A DNA stretch of 63,522 bases, filler included, from Octopus bimaculoides (GCF_001194135.2; 5 parts of 5 records of this genome joined end to end with filler, not necessarily neighbours in it); one strand, 5' to 3'. Shown: positions 49,396 to 62,604, counted from the whole stretch's first letter. Numbers and translations: made by a program. The notes: a model not told the origin generated them from the letters alone.

Positions 49396-50125
49396 TGCCA
49401 TAATACAATTTTACTGGTTTCACTATAATCAGCCACAACTCTTTAAATGAACGCATGGCAATCATTTGTAATATTGTTCTTGAACATGCTGCCGTTGCTG
49501 ATTAAACTGCACTAATTGTCTTGAATTTAGAATACAGAATTTTTGGCATCCTTGTTCTTTTTCCCCTCTGTTGCTGCCCCCCATTTGTGTCTATTCGTTT
49601 CACTGTCCCTGTCCCTCTCACACCATAACACCTATTTTCCGTCTCAAATTTAGCCCTCACCATGCTCATTCCACCGTATATTATGTGGGTAACAGTACCG
49701 TGTTTTCTGCAGTTCTTCGTGTACGTTGTTTCATCCTTTTGAATTGTATTATCCGGTACATTTTTGCCATCTTTCGGATATTTTACAAATTTCTCTCAAC
49801 CTTTTACCAATTGTGTGAAGTTTTTATCAAATTCTTATTAGTTTTCTCTCATTAGAGATTTCATTTATTTTCTGTGCGTTTTGAATTTTTGTACAAATCT
49901 TACCTCATTGTTTCTCAATCGCATAACGTTTACCCACCCCTATTTGCTTTCGCTTAAGCTGTACGCACAACAACACCGTCCATCTTGCTCTTATCATCCC
50001 ATGTGCTTTCTCAAGTGCTTTATACTCACGCATTCACAATTTCTACCACCTCTCCCAGTGCACTTTTTCACATAAACTTACGTAATAATCATACATTTAG
50101 GGACACTGTAACCGTCACCGCCACG

Positions 50126-50160
<35 letters not shown>

Positions 50161-51643
50161 TTCTCCTGATGAAAGCATAAAGTTAGAAGCATTAAAGCAC
50201 TGTCTTTATAGAAACGTTATTTTACTACGATATTAATCAGGCCTCTTAGTACTTCTTGGGTTCTATTTTATGTATATTGTATCTACAATATACGTACATA
50301 CATACATATATATATACTATATATATCTATATTTATATATATATACTATATATCTATCTATCTATCTCTCTCTCTCTCTCTGTATATATATANNNNNNNN
50401 NNNNNNNNNNNNNNNNNNNNNNNNNNNNNNNNNNNNNNNNNNNNNNNNNNNNNNNNNNNNNNNNNNNNNNNNNNNNNNNNNNNNNNNNNNNNNNNNNNNN
50501 NNNNNNNNNNNNNNNNNNNNNNNNNNNNNNNNNNNNNNNNNNNNNNNNNNNNNNNNNNNNNNNNNNNNNNNNNNNNNNNNNNNNNNNNNNNNNNNNNNNN
50601 NNNNNNNNNNNNNNNNNNNNNNNNNNNNNNNNNNNNNNNNNNNNNNNNNNNNNNNNNNNNNNNNNNNNNNNNNNNNNNNNNNNNNNNNNNNNNNNNNNNN
50701 NNNNNNNNNNNNNNNNNNNNNNNNNNNNNNNNNNNNNNNNNNNNNNNNNNNNNNNNNNNNNNNNNNNNNNNNNNNNNNNNNNNNNNNNNNNNNNNNNNNN
50801 NNNNNNNNNNNNNNNNNNNNNNNNNNNNNNNNNNNNNNNNNNNNNNNNNNNNNNNNNNNNNNNNNNNNNNNNNNNNNNNNNNNNNNNNNNNNNNNNNNNN
50901 NNNNNNNNNNNNNNNNNNNNNNNNNNNNNNNNNNNNNNNNNNNNNNNNNNNNNNNNNNNNNNNNNNNNNNNNNNNNNNNNNNNNNNNNNNNNNNNNNNNN
51001 NNNNNNNNNNNNNNNNNNNNNNNNNNNNNNNNNNNNNNNNNNNNNNNNNNNNNNNNNNNNNNNNNNNNNNNNNNNNNNNNNNNNNNNNNNNNNNNNNNNN
51101 NNNNNNNNNNNNNTATATATATATGTATATGTATGTATGTATGTATATATAGGCTTCTTAAAAAACTGCACACAGGAAATTAAGATATAACGAATGTAAG
51201 TAAATAAGTTTTCTATTATCACACCGCGAGCAATTTTGATGTTACTCGCTTGTACTAGACCATTATTGTTTTCTTTCTTCTAATTACTTTTCATTGTCTG
51301 AAGTTTTACCGTTGCGGCAATGAATTTTGTCTATCATGCACACATACACTCTAACACACATATGTTCTCACACTCACATACACAAACATTGAAATATAGA
51401 TTGCAAAGGAAAGCGGAAAAAAAGAAATGGTGTAGAATATATTGCTTATTTAAGCTACTATTTTTCAAGTCACTCAATTTTCTGCCGACTACTTTTTCAC
51501 TTTTCCAAACTTATTATGTATACAATTGGTGGAGCCATTCTACTGTGTGGGTATCATTTTGGGTGGAGAGATTCTAAATACGATTTAGTAAGGTTAATGT
51601 CGATTTCATTGGTTTTATGCAGTTGCTTATTATACTGTATAAC

Positions 51644-51711
<68 letters not shown>

Positions 51712-51889
51712 TATGTGTGTGTGTGTGTGTATATATTTGTCTCTATCTAGAAATAAAAGGAAATGGTAATTATTTCCTTCACGTTTTACTTTTGTGACCT
51801 AAACATCAATGTTTTGAAATTGACATAGTTTCCATTACATTTCAGACAGATTCACCACTCAGTTGCTGAAGCAGAATTATCGTTATAGC

Positions 51890-52052
51890 GAATATGCTGT
51901 TCAATATCACAGACTTGCTCGTCAGTTGCTTGATCTTAACCACTTGAGCATGTCCCTTAGTTGTTGACAATATGTGCAGCTCTGATCATAAACAGAAGCA
52001 GTAAGGGAGTATCATAGCATGTGTTGAGAGGAATTCTTTGGTGTTTGAATGA
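51890..52052 (+). mobile_element. Internal fragment of the non-coding (TAA)n-family element
   Basis: Reverse complement of ~32375-32535. Confidence 0.75.
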
Positions 52053-52324
52053 ATGTAACAAAAGCAAAGTCTGAAGGAAATATTAACCATTTTTTAAATA
52101 ATTCCTAGGAGTAAGCAAATAGGAAATAACAGTTGCGACCTAAGGAAAAAAGTCGTGTTACACAATATTCTTTATCAATTTTGTTTAATTTCGATTTTAC
52201 TTCCTGACTTCATTACTACACCCAGTGTTTGTTAATTGATGCCTAATGTATTATTGCCGCGTTTAGGTTTCACTAAATTGATATTTCGTAATGTCTGTAT
52301 TGGCTGTCTGGTATTATTTTCGTA

Positions 52325-52696
52325 TGTGGAGGCGCAATGGCCCAGCGGTTAGGGCAGCAGAATCGCGGTCTTATGATCGCGGTTTCGATTCCCAGACTGG
52401 GTGTTGTGAGTGTTTATTGAGCGAAAACACCTAAGGCTCCACGAGGCTCCGGCGAACCCTATTGTACTCTTTCACCACAACTTTCTCTCACTCTTTCTTC
52501 CTGTTTCTGTTGTGCCTGTAATTCAAAGGGTCAGCCTTGTCACACTGTGTCACGCTGAATGTCCCCGAGAACTACGTTAAGGGTACACGTGTCTGTGGGG
52601 TGCTCAGCCACTTGCACGTTAATTTCATGAGCAGGCTGTTCCGTTCATCGGATCAACTGAAATCGTCGACGTCGTAAGCGACGGAGTGCCAAGAAC
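52325..52696 (+). mobile_element. tRNA-headed SINE family C, full length, with a 15-bp TSD
   Basis: A box tggcccagcggttag, B box ggtttcgattcc. TSD ggtattattttcgta at 52310-52324 and 52697-52711. Confidence 0.92.
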
Positions 52697-52947
52697 GGTA
52701 TTATTTTCGTAACGTCATATTCCTTAGCAACGGTCTTCACTGGATAGATCGTTGGTCAATTTGTTATCTTTTGTCTATCAAATATTTGTCCCCTTTACTG
52801 CTATTATTTCAAGACCTTTTGTACAACTGCTACATCACTAGATATATATTCTATTTGCAATTTGTTAGAGACTGAAAGTATTTAGTTGTAAGTGACACTG
52901 TACCATTGTGTTTCATTTACGGATTAATCATGTTTGTTGTATACTTA

Positions 52948-53025
<78 letters not shown>

Positions 53026-54356
53026 TTTACTTGTTTCAGTCATCCTTTTATTAGTAAAGCTGCTACACCCGTCTGATTTAAGAGACGGTTGTTTCTGTAT
53101 GCAACCCTTAGTTAAGTTTGAAAAAACTTGGAAGATTGGTAGGGATGATGTATGTTAATTTTTCTGCAATCTGATGTTTTCTCCAATAACACAGACAAGA
53201 GGCTCGGAATGATAGTGTAAAAGATATATTAGGAAAGGTGGTAGGAATTATGGTAGAGACACTATAGAAAGTATGTGGAAGCGAAACACATGCAGGAACA
53301 TATGGAATACATTTAGTTTGAGTCGCGTAAATTTAGGAAGTTTAAGGAGCAGGACTTCTAAAAGACACATACTTTACATCATAACCTTATAGATGGAAGG
53401 CCAAAGCTTTGAAAGGCGCACAGCATCATCTATAATAACAAATACGAAATTCTGTCTGTCCGCATCTCTGTATCTCAGTCAACATTTCTTCCGCATAGAG
53501 ACGTATTATACATTTTAGAATCAGGATAGTCCCAGAATTGAAAATATGCCCTTCTTTTTGTTTTTGAACACCCAGCATTAGAATCTGTTTTAAAAGCATT
53601 TTGGTTGCTATGTCTTATAGGTAAAGCTATTATTGGTTCGAAATATTTATGAGCGTGACTGTGCACAATACGAGATGTTTGAACAGAAACATAGTATCTT
53701 TTTGTCTATGAAGATGAAAAATTATCCAGGAATGAGATATTTACTTGTTCCAACAATGATCATATCATTTATTAACCTGTTCAGAGAAAGATATTCCAAA
53801 ATTGTCACTTTTAGCGTCAATTTAGTTATAAATAACCCACAGGCGATCGTATAATGAGAATCGTATTTGCTTATCATTTCCCAACGTTAATATATTAATG
53901 ACTACTAGTCCTAGAATAACCAATAAAGAAATCTACATTTCCAGCCTGTGTTCTACTCTAATACCCATAACTAACAATCTTCTTTTCTTGATCCAGAGTA
54001 TTAATTTCGTAGCTGTGAGAACATCGAGAAGGCAGTAATTCGCTAGCACTCTGCAAAGAATGGATGTGAATAAGTTGTGTCAAGTTAACTACTGAGATAG
54101 AAATTAGATCGTTAATGAAAATAATGATTTAAATCAATTTCCCATTTATATGTATGAAATCACGGTGTGTACTCTGCTAGCCATCAAAACACTCACAGCG
54201 TTTTACATCGAAGTGCAAGCAACTCATTTGTTTTCTTCAGTTAAAACTAATTTTAACATCGAACCTGTGCAGCTAATGCACAGACATAAAATCGTATAGT
54301 TATTAATCTCAAATGCAAGCCGCAGTTAACAAATTGATACCGTTTCATCCTACCAG

Positions 54357-54422
54357 TTATATGTGCAACGTCTTGTATCTCGCTAGCGTCTCTAATGTGT
54401 TTCTGTCTTGCACGCCTTCGTG
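54357..54422 (+). CDS. Internal coding exon (phase 1/1) of an unidentified host gene; hydrophobic, TM-like
   Basis: tttcatcctaccag|TT ATA TGT...CTT CGT G|gtatgt gives ICATSCISLASLMCFCLARLR. It splices in frame to the next exon across a 129-nt intron. Confidence 0.6.
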
Positions 54423-54551
54423 GTATGTCCGAAATTATCGAGACTATTAGCTTTTGTCGAGCAACTGTTGTCAACAATGAGAAGAGTACAGCTATCGGTT
54501 GAGTCTATTATCAAGATTGTGCCACCTCCTTCCCTTATTTTTTCTGCGTAG

Positions 54552-54753
54552 TAGCCATACTGAAAGAAACAGTATGGAAGACGCGTGTAAGAGGTATAGT
54601 GACAGGTGCCTTCGTCTCCGGCCAGGGGTTGGTTAACTTCTCTAGTTACCACCGCGATAGCAAGATCAAGCTGGAGAAGAGATACCTGTCGCAGGATATG
54701 TTTGCGAAAAGATGGAAGCAAGTAGTGAACAAACTGCGTGTGACTGGAACCCG
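54552..54753 (+). CDS. Internal coding exon (202 nt, phase 1/2) of an unidentified host gene
   Basis: cccttattttttctgcgtag| ... ACC CG|gtaagt. 66 stop-free codons: AILKETVWKTRVRGIVTGAFVSGQGLVNFSSYHRDSKIKLEKRYLSQDMFAKRWKQVVNKLRVTGT. Higher GC than the flanks; tandem TAGTAG acceptor. Confidence 0.75.
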
Positions 54754-55916
54754 GTAAGTGGGGCCAGAAGGAAAAGTAAAGGTTCGAACCTGGCGGTTGG
54801 ATGCCTTCCATTCAGTCACACATCTCAAAATTTGCAATGATCATCAAGCTTATATTGAAATTTTTAAAAGGGTGGGGGAAGATATAATTTTTAACTCCAT
54901 GACATATTTTATTATTAGAAATCATTTCATTCGTAATAAGCAACTTCTTCACCCTCTATGTTTCTCTGTCCTTGTTTGTCCCATCTATGTACGGCTTCCA
55001 CAGCAAATTTATGAAATATGAAATAAAGAAGTTTGCTTCGACAATTATCCTCCGCTATAGCCTACGGCCGACTACAGTCTTGTGGGTGGATTTGGGAGAC
55101 GGAGATTGAAACAAGCCTGTCGTAAATATATATGTATACATATACATATACATATACATACATACATGTATATATATATNNNNNNNNNNNNNNNNNNNNN
55201 NNNNNNNNNNNNNNNNNNNNNNNNNNNNNNNNNNNNNNNNNNNNNNNNNNNNNNNNNNNNNNNNNNNNNNNNNNNNNNNNNNNNNNNNNNNNNNNNNNNN
55301 NNNNNNNNNNNNNNNNNNNNNNNNNNNNNNNNNNNNNNNNNNNNNNNNNNNNNNNNNNNNNNNNNNNNNNNNNNNNNNNNNNNNNNNNNNNNNNNNNNNN
55401 NNNNNNNNNNNNNNNNNNNNNNNNNNNNNNNNNNNNNNNNNNNNNNNNNNNNNNNNNNNNNNNNNNNNNNNNNNNNNNNNNNNNNNNNNNNNNNNNNNNN
55501 NNNNNNNNNNNNNNNNNNNNNNNNNNNNNNNNNNNNNNNNNNNNNNNNNNNNNNNNNNNNNNNNNNNNNNNNNNNNNNNNNNNNNNNNNNNNNNNNNNNN
55601 NNNNNNNNNNNNTATATATATATATATATGTATATATACACATACATATATGTGTGTGTGTCGGTGTGGGAGTGTGTGTGTGTATATATATAAATATATA
55701 TGTGTTCATATATACAGATGTGTATATGTGTGTGTTCGTGAACGCTCGTGTGTATGTATGTGTGTGTGTATATACATTTTAGGGTGGTGCATAATTATAA
55801 AGATAAGTCAACCATTAACAATGGAATTGGGGCAAAACATAAATATAAATATATATGTATATGTGCGTGTGTCTATGAGTGTGTGTCTGTGTGTATGTGT
55901 GTGTGTGTGTGTTTGT

Positions 55917-56014
<98 letters not shown>

Positions 56015-56675
56015 AAGAAAAACGTGCAAATACGAAGAATACATTCTGTTACACTACTAACAGAATACTTAAAATATACATCCTCATATTATAACTTGCA
56101 AGTTACAGGGAGTGAAAATTATGAACAATTTTTGTAATACAATTTAAAATAGATTTCATTTTACTTAAGTTTAGAAGGCCCTTGGGGAAAAAATTAACAC
56201 TACTAATATTCATTGAAACAAAAATAAGGCAAGCGGTTATTTAAAAACACATACAAAAAAAAAAAAGCCTTATCGCATTTTTATAAAACTGCCTACATTA
56301 AAACATTTGTGTCAGCAAGTGAGACCGCAAAGAAGAGAGACATTTTGTATATTAAATAATATTCATAATTGCCAACACATGAAACATAAAAGACGTTTGC
56401 TAAATGGTTTACAGAAGTTTGCGCTTTCCGGTATAGAAATCAAATTTCTCTTTAATAATATGCATATGCTATTAGTAAACCTTTCAAAGATAGGAGTCTA
56501 TTTAGGTCTTTCGAGAATTTCCCTTTGTTTCTTCTTCAAACCCAACACAGTTTAACGGACCATAAATATTAAAAAGATACTTTTATATCTTCAAACACGC
56601 GTAAACTCAAACATATATATATATACACATATTGTAATATTTGCTTTTAATAGTACTTACCAAAAGTGTATATAT

Positions 56676-57064
56676 AGGTGCAGGAGTGGCTGTGTGGTAA
56701 GTAGCTTGCCTACCAACCACATGGTTCCGGGTTCAGTCCCATTGCGTGGCACCTTGGGCAAGTGTCTTCTACTATAGCCTCGGGCCGGCCAAAGCCTTGC
56801 GAGTGGATTTGGTAGACGGAAACTGAAAGAAACCCGTCGTATATATGAATATATATGTGTGTGTTTGTGTGTCTGTGTTTGCCCCCCTCTCCCAACCATC
56901 GCTTGACAACCGATGCTGGTGTGTTTACGTCTCCGTAACATAGTGGTTCGGCAAAAAGAGACCGATAGAATAAGTACTAGGCTTACAAACAATAAGTCCT
57001 GGAGTCGATTTGCTCGACTAAAGGCGAGTCAAATGCCTGAAACAAGTAAAAGAGTAAAAGAGTA
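56676..57064 (+). mobile_element. tRNA-headed SINE family B, near full length
   Basis: aggtgcaggagtggctgtgtggtaag...gggttcagtccc...ccttgggcaagtgtcttc...(agtaaaag)n. Confidence 0.92.
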
Positions 57065-57188
57065 TATGTGCATGTAGATGTACATATATATACATACATA
57101 CAATGTATAAGTACATGTATTACACACATACAGGTATATATTTATATATATAGAGATATATGCATATATATATACATGTATATATACG

Positions 57189-57226
<38 letters not shown>

Positions 57227-57595
57227 CGTAACTAAAGAGCACAAATTAGCACCAGTTTTGCTAGAAATAAGAGTCAAAATAACTCTATAGTCACAAAAGC
57301 ACTATCTTAATGAGTTGACACCGATGGCGCAGTGAGAGCCACTGAAGACTGTTAAGACTGTTAACACTGAAGACTGTTAAGCATCAAAATGCGAAATCAT
57401 CGGTGAGCTGGCTTTATCTGTGACCGTAGGGAGATTGCCTCCCTTGTCAGTTCATTTAGATAGTACTTCTGGGGCTACTGAAATCTCTTGACTCTTATTT
57501 CAGGCCATGCTAGTGCTGATTAGTGTCCTTTTTCACTTTAGTGACGTATATATATAATTCTGCCTTTAGGTTGTAAAATTGCGAATTAGCCATCG

Positions 57596-57634
<39 letters not shown>

Positions 57635-58121
57635 ACTTGGGGATGGTCATATTGCCAGTTTAGCCAATAAAAACACACGCACTGTATATTTGGTGTTAAT
57701 TTGCTTCAGCTTTATATTACATTAATCTNNNNNNNNNNNNNNNNNNNNNNNNNNNNNNNNNNNNNNNNNNNNNNNNNNNNNNNNNNNNNNNNNNNNNNNN
57801 NNNNNNNNNNNNNNNNNNNNNNNNNNNNNNNNNNNNNNNNNNNNNNNNNNNNNNNNNNNNNNNNNNNNNNNNNNNNNNNNNNNNNNNNNNNNNNNNNNNN
57901 NNNNNNNNNNNNNNNNNNNNNNNNNNNNNNNNNNNNNNNNNNNNNNNNNNNNNNNNNNNNNNNNNNNNNNNNNNNNNNNNNNNNNNNNNNNNNNNNNNNN
58001 NNNNNNNNNNNNNNNNNNNNNNNNNNNNNNNNNNNNNNNNNNNNNNNNNNNNNNNNNNNNNNNNNNNNNNNNNNNNNNNNNNNNNNNNNNNNNNNNNNNN
58101 NNNNNNNNNNNNNNNTATATA

Positions 58122-58157
<36 letters not shown>

Positions 58158-58369
58158 TGTATATATGCATGTATGTACATATGTTCAAATGTGTGTGAGT
58201 GTGTAGGGAATATATTACAGATCCGTTATGAAGGATCGAGAGTAGAGTTTTCACGTACGTTTCCTGTTTTCTCTAATTGTGCATTTGCAATCCATTTCTT
58301 GAACCTGCCAGAAATTAACTATTGTCTAAAATGATTCTAACTAACCATGGCTCATACTCAAACATTGTG

Positions 58370-58505
58370 ATCTGATCCAGGTTCAAAACAAGACAATAGA
58401 AAGTTTAACCTGTCTGGGCAGCATCACCAGTATGAATGGCAATATTCAGATTAACGTCAACCATTGAATTGGGCAAAACCGCATCCATATTCCAACAAAG
58501 TGAAC
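58370..58505 (+). mobile_element. RTE-type LINE fragment
   Basis: IQVQNKTIESLTCLGSITSMNGNIQINVNH*IGQ resembles F.YLGS.IS..G.I..DV..RIGKA. Confidence 0.55.
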
Positions 58506-58677
58506 TATTATTCAACATTTCTAATGAAATATATACCTACTGATTTCACAAGCAAAAATTATCAGTGGTTTCAGAGTTTAGGCCTGCTTGAGTTAACCGG
58601 ACTGATGAAAACGAGCGAGAACGCCCCTGTGTGTATGTGTGTATGTGTGTGTGTGTGTGCGTGCGTGCATGAATATG

Positions 58678-58715
<38 letters not shown>

Positions 58716-58725
58716 NNNNNNNNNN

Positions 58726-58761
<36 letters not shown>

Positions 58762-59313
58762 CGTGCAGGCGCATGTGAAGGTAAGGTCCAAGGATTGATG
58801 TGTAGGGAGTTAAAAAGCATCGAGCAGTACGTAGGCGGTATAAAAAACAACTTCCAGGGACAATAGTGGTTTATTGGCGTAAAAGGTTGTACATTTTTTC
58901 CATATCGAAGCTCGATAAGCTGAAAAAAAGTTATTTTATAGTTCATAGTTAGCGGCTGGGGTTGCTGTGTATGAGAATAAAAATCCCAAATTAGGGAATT
59001 GAGTAGATAAAATCCAGGATACATATGTTTCATAACTAGGAGAACCTCGGTAGTAGTAATTACACAAATGAGGGTAGTCCGCGCGCTACTCATCGAGTCA
59101 AATATAGCTTAATTAAATGAAGTTTACATTGTTGTCAAGAGATCCCATATTGACTCGCAAGAGATTCGATATATATACATATATGTATGTCTCTTTATTT
59201 GAGATATGTATTTTATATATATTGTATAAACATATACTATGTTTTATATGTACCAAACATATGTATGTAATATATGTATATACATATATAGGTATATATT
59301 TGTATATATACAT

Positions 59314-59363
<50 letters not shown>

Positions 59364-59920
59364 CAAGTATGTGTGTATATAGAGAGCTTAATACGTATTG
59401 CAGCCAACTGTTGCTTTCATTCTCTTCTTATCAATCTGTCTTCTGTGCACTGCGTGCAGCCTCATGAACACCTCATCCTTCCACTCTCTTTCGTTTTATT
59501 TGTTCCTCTTTCACTCCGCGTTTGTCATTTAACAGCCTTCTATTTCCACGCCATATTCTCAGCATAATGATAAAGGAAATACCACAAAGTTTATTATATT
59601 ATGATCTATATTTAAATGTCCATTTAAAATGGTGTGGTTTGCTTGAGAAAAATTCAGAATTCATCTGTTACGAATTACAGTTATTTTGTCGCGTCGCCTT
59701 CTCCCGTCACCGACCAATTGCTAGTGACTGTTTAGATTCAGAATTGGTAGCAAATGTTTCTAAACATTTACTTCTGGCTGAAAACAGAGAAGGAGAAGGG
59801 GTTATGTCACGCAAAGGATGAAAAATTACTGTATATATGACAGGAATATGTTAGATATCATTCCTAAAACCGTATGAAAAGTACACGTGCGTACGACACC
59901 GTTTTTTTTACTTTAATCAG

Positions 59921-59958
59921 ACTTTGGGCGTTGGTCAGTCATGGGATTCGGTTATGCG
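59921..59958 (+). CDS. Speculative internal exon (phase 2/1)
   Basis: Strong acceptor tttttttactttaatcag. LWALVSHGIRLC with the weak donor G|gtacaa. Other frames and donors are possible. Confidence 0.2.
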
Positions 59959-60364
59959 GTACAATGTTTCTCCTGAACGACCGATATCAGTGTCACCTTA
60001 TCGCACCAATTTGAATAATCTTACTCAAAGTGAAATATTTAAGTTTTTACCGATTTCGTCGAGCCTTGTGATGAAGGCATCTCTTTGTTTTTTTTTATAT
60101 ACTTTGCTTTTATACACAATTTTCAAAAGCTTAATCTTAATTTGCAATAAGTACACTCAAACTACAATTTTCTATCAACTATAACCTACATTATATAACT
60201 ATACCGATGTATGCCGCTGCAGAGGATGGAAAAATGAATTTTATCAATCTAAAATAGATATATTTAACTAGATCTGACCACTTCCCGAATACTCTTCCTC
60301 TAATATGCGTTGAGGAACAATATAGATGAAGAATGAATATAATCTTCTCATAAGCTGTTTCCAA

Positions 60365-60558
60365 TATAGGCAAAAAGCTTGAGATTTAAGGCAGGGCATT
60401 AGTGGATACTTTCGCCTTCAGTGTTTGAATGAAGAGCCATGAAAGGATGAAAGGCAAAATTCTCTTTGGTGGGATTTGACTACGAACCTGAAGAGACGGA
60501 ACAGATACCGCAATACATTTTGTCCGACTAGCTAACTATACTAACTGCTCGTAGCACT
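60365..60558 (-). mobile_element. SINE family A, degenerate
   Basis: Reverse complement core gaaaggatgaaaggcaaaa. Confidence 0.6.
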
Positions 60559-60672
60559 AATCCTTATACAATACAAATAATAGAGTAATACAAATAATAA
60601 TTTTGAATCATAGTCTCATGTTTTACATTGAACAGTATAGAAAACATTAGAATATATGAACATGGTATATCA

Positions 60673-61045
60673 TCTTTTATCATTTATCTTTTACTTGTTT
60701 CAGTCATTTGACTGCAGTTATGGTTTTTTTAAAGCCTAGTACTTATTCTGTCAGTCCGTTTTGCCGAGTCGCAAAGTTACGGGGAGGTAAACACCTCAAG
60801 ATCGGTTGTCAACCGATGGTGGTGGGGAAAGTACAAACACAAGTACAAACCCACACATCTACATACATACACACACTCACACGACGGGCTTCTTTCAGTT
60901 TCCCTGTAACAAATGAACTCACAAAACTTTGGTTAGCCCGAGACTATAGTAGAAGACAGCCGGTCAAGGCGCCACGCAGTGGGACTGAACCCGGAACCAT
61001 GTGGTCGAGAAGCAAGCTTCTTACCACACAGCCACATATTTGCCT
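60673..61045 (-). mobile_element. SINE family B
   Basis: ttttacttgtttcagtcatttgactg...gccacgcagtgggactgaacccggaaccatgtgg...cttaccacacagccac. Confidence 0.88.
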
Positions 61046-62228
61046 ATAATATATGTATAATACAAAATATATCCTATTCCTGATAGGAAATCTCATTGAA
61101 AATCACAGAAATTAAATCTACAAAAAGGTTCTCAAGAAAACTACAATTAGCATCTACCTACGTGTGTTTCCTTTGTATCAAGTGAAGCATCAGTTGTTTG
61201 AATAAACTTCCTCTGTAGAAAATTTGCAAAGCTACTGAATGGAACCAGCTGATTGGAAGGAAATATCCGTTTCCTTTAACTTTACCTGTACATACTTAGT
61301 TTATAAATTATTTGGCAAAATTTCAATCTAAAGTCTGTCCACGCATTGATACAATTACACATAGCTTGTGTTTCTACAAATGAATGAAGAAAAAGCAAAC
61401 GAAACAAAGATATAGACTACGTTAACTAGATTAAGATATTTATCTAAGATCTACATTGAAAGCGATGCGACAAAAAGATTTTCAAAATAAAAAAATGTTT
61501 AAAATACAATACAAAACAACAATCGAAAAATTCATGTTTTATTTAGGATAATAAATAAATAAACGTAAGTTATTCGAAATATTTGAAAAATATAAAGAGA
61601 AGGAAATGTGACATGACAGGTGAACAACGCGTGAACGTTTTATGTATATATTTATATATATATATATATATATGAAACATACTACACACACACACACTCT
61701 CTCTCTCATACACACACACATACGCACACACATGCGCGTATACATACTCATACATACATATAATTCGTTTCGGGAACTCGAACGACAAATAAACTGTAAG
61801 AAATAGTACGTAAATATTGGGTTGAAAAACCCTTTTGAATAGTTTATGTCGATTTTCTTCTATCCAAGAGGGTTTTCCAACTCAATATTTCTATGCTATT
61901 ATTTATAGCTTTACGTTTTGCTTCACGATACAGTTAAAAAATAACAGTTTTGTTTTCTCGACTGTTTATAAACTCTTATGGTATCAAGAATATATGTATA
62001 TAATTCTTTGTCTTGTTTGATAAGGAGTTTTCACTCGAAACGTCAGTTTCACTTTTGGTGTATTAATCTTCACTATACTTATTTATTGCCTTTTAATTTT
62101 TTATTTTTACCTCTTTTCAGGTGCTTACTTTTGCTTATCTGACTTCGCATCGTATTCTTTTGTTCGTCTGTTTCTACTTTGCTTCAAATTGTACTTGTGT
62201 TATCTGAGTGCTTTCTACATCAGTCTGC

Positions 62229-62299
<71 letters not shown>

Positions 62300-62329
62300 G
62301 CTGTGTATATGTATATGTATATATATATA

Positions 62330-62343
62330 AGATCGGAAGAGCG
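62330..62343 (+). other. Illumina adapter remnant AGATCGGAAGAGCG
   Basis: Exact universal adapter start at a contig end, immediately before N. Confidence 0.9.
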
Positions 62344-62443
62344 NNNNNNNNNNNNNNNNNNNNNNNNNNNNNNNNNNNNNNNNNNNNTTAATTAATTAAN
62401 NNNNNNNNNNNNNNNNNNNNNNNNNNNNNNNNNNNNNNNNNNN
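62344..62443. other. Artificial scaffold-join spacer N44-TTAATTAATTAA-N44
   Basis: 12-mer at 62388-62399 with 44 N on each side. Confidence 0.9.
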
Positions 62444-62604
62444 TTGACTGAGGACTGGTGAAACCGGATGGCAACACCAGGCTCATATATTTACATATAT
62501 TGTGTAATTAAAACAAGCATAAGTTTTCAACGTAAATAGAGAATAAAGTTATTCCACGTGTTCATACGTATGAAAAATAAAAATATCAAGATATGTTTTC
62601 ACAG

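Noticed and set aside
52328-52400. tRNA gene
   Set aside because: It has A/B boxes but no proper acceptor stem or cloverleaf, and it continues into a SINE body with a TSD. The same applies to all SINE heads here.
53428-54180. Helitron (TC-TATAATAA start, CTAG ends)
   Set aside because: No clear subterminal GC hairpin before any CTAG and no second copy in the window.
54392-54811. 139-aa minus ORF MEGIQPPGS...
   Set aside because: It is the antisense shadow of the + strand exon, which has canonical splice sites and phase agreement.
58593-59093. 166-aa minus ORF
   Set aside because: One third is microsatellite or N; the remainder has no motif or splice support.
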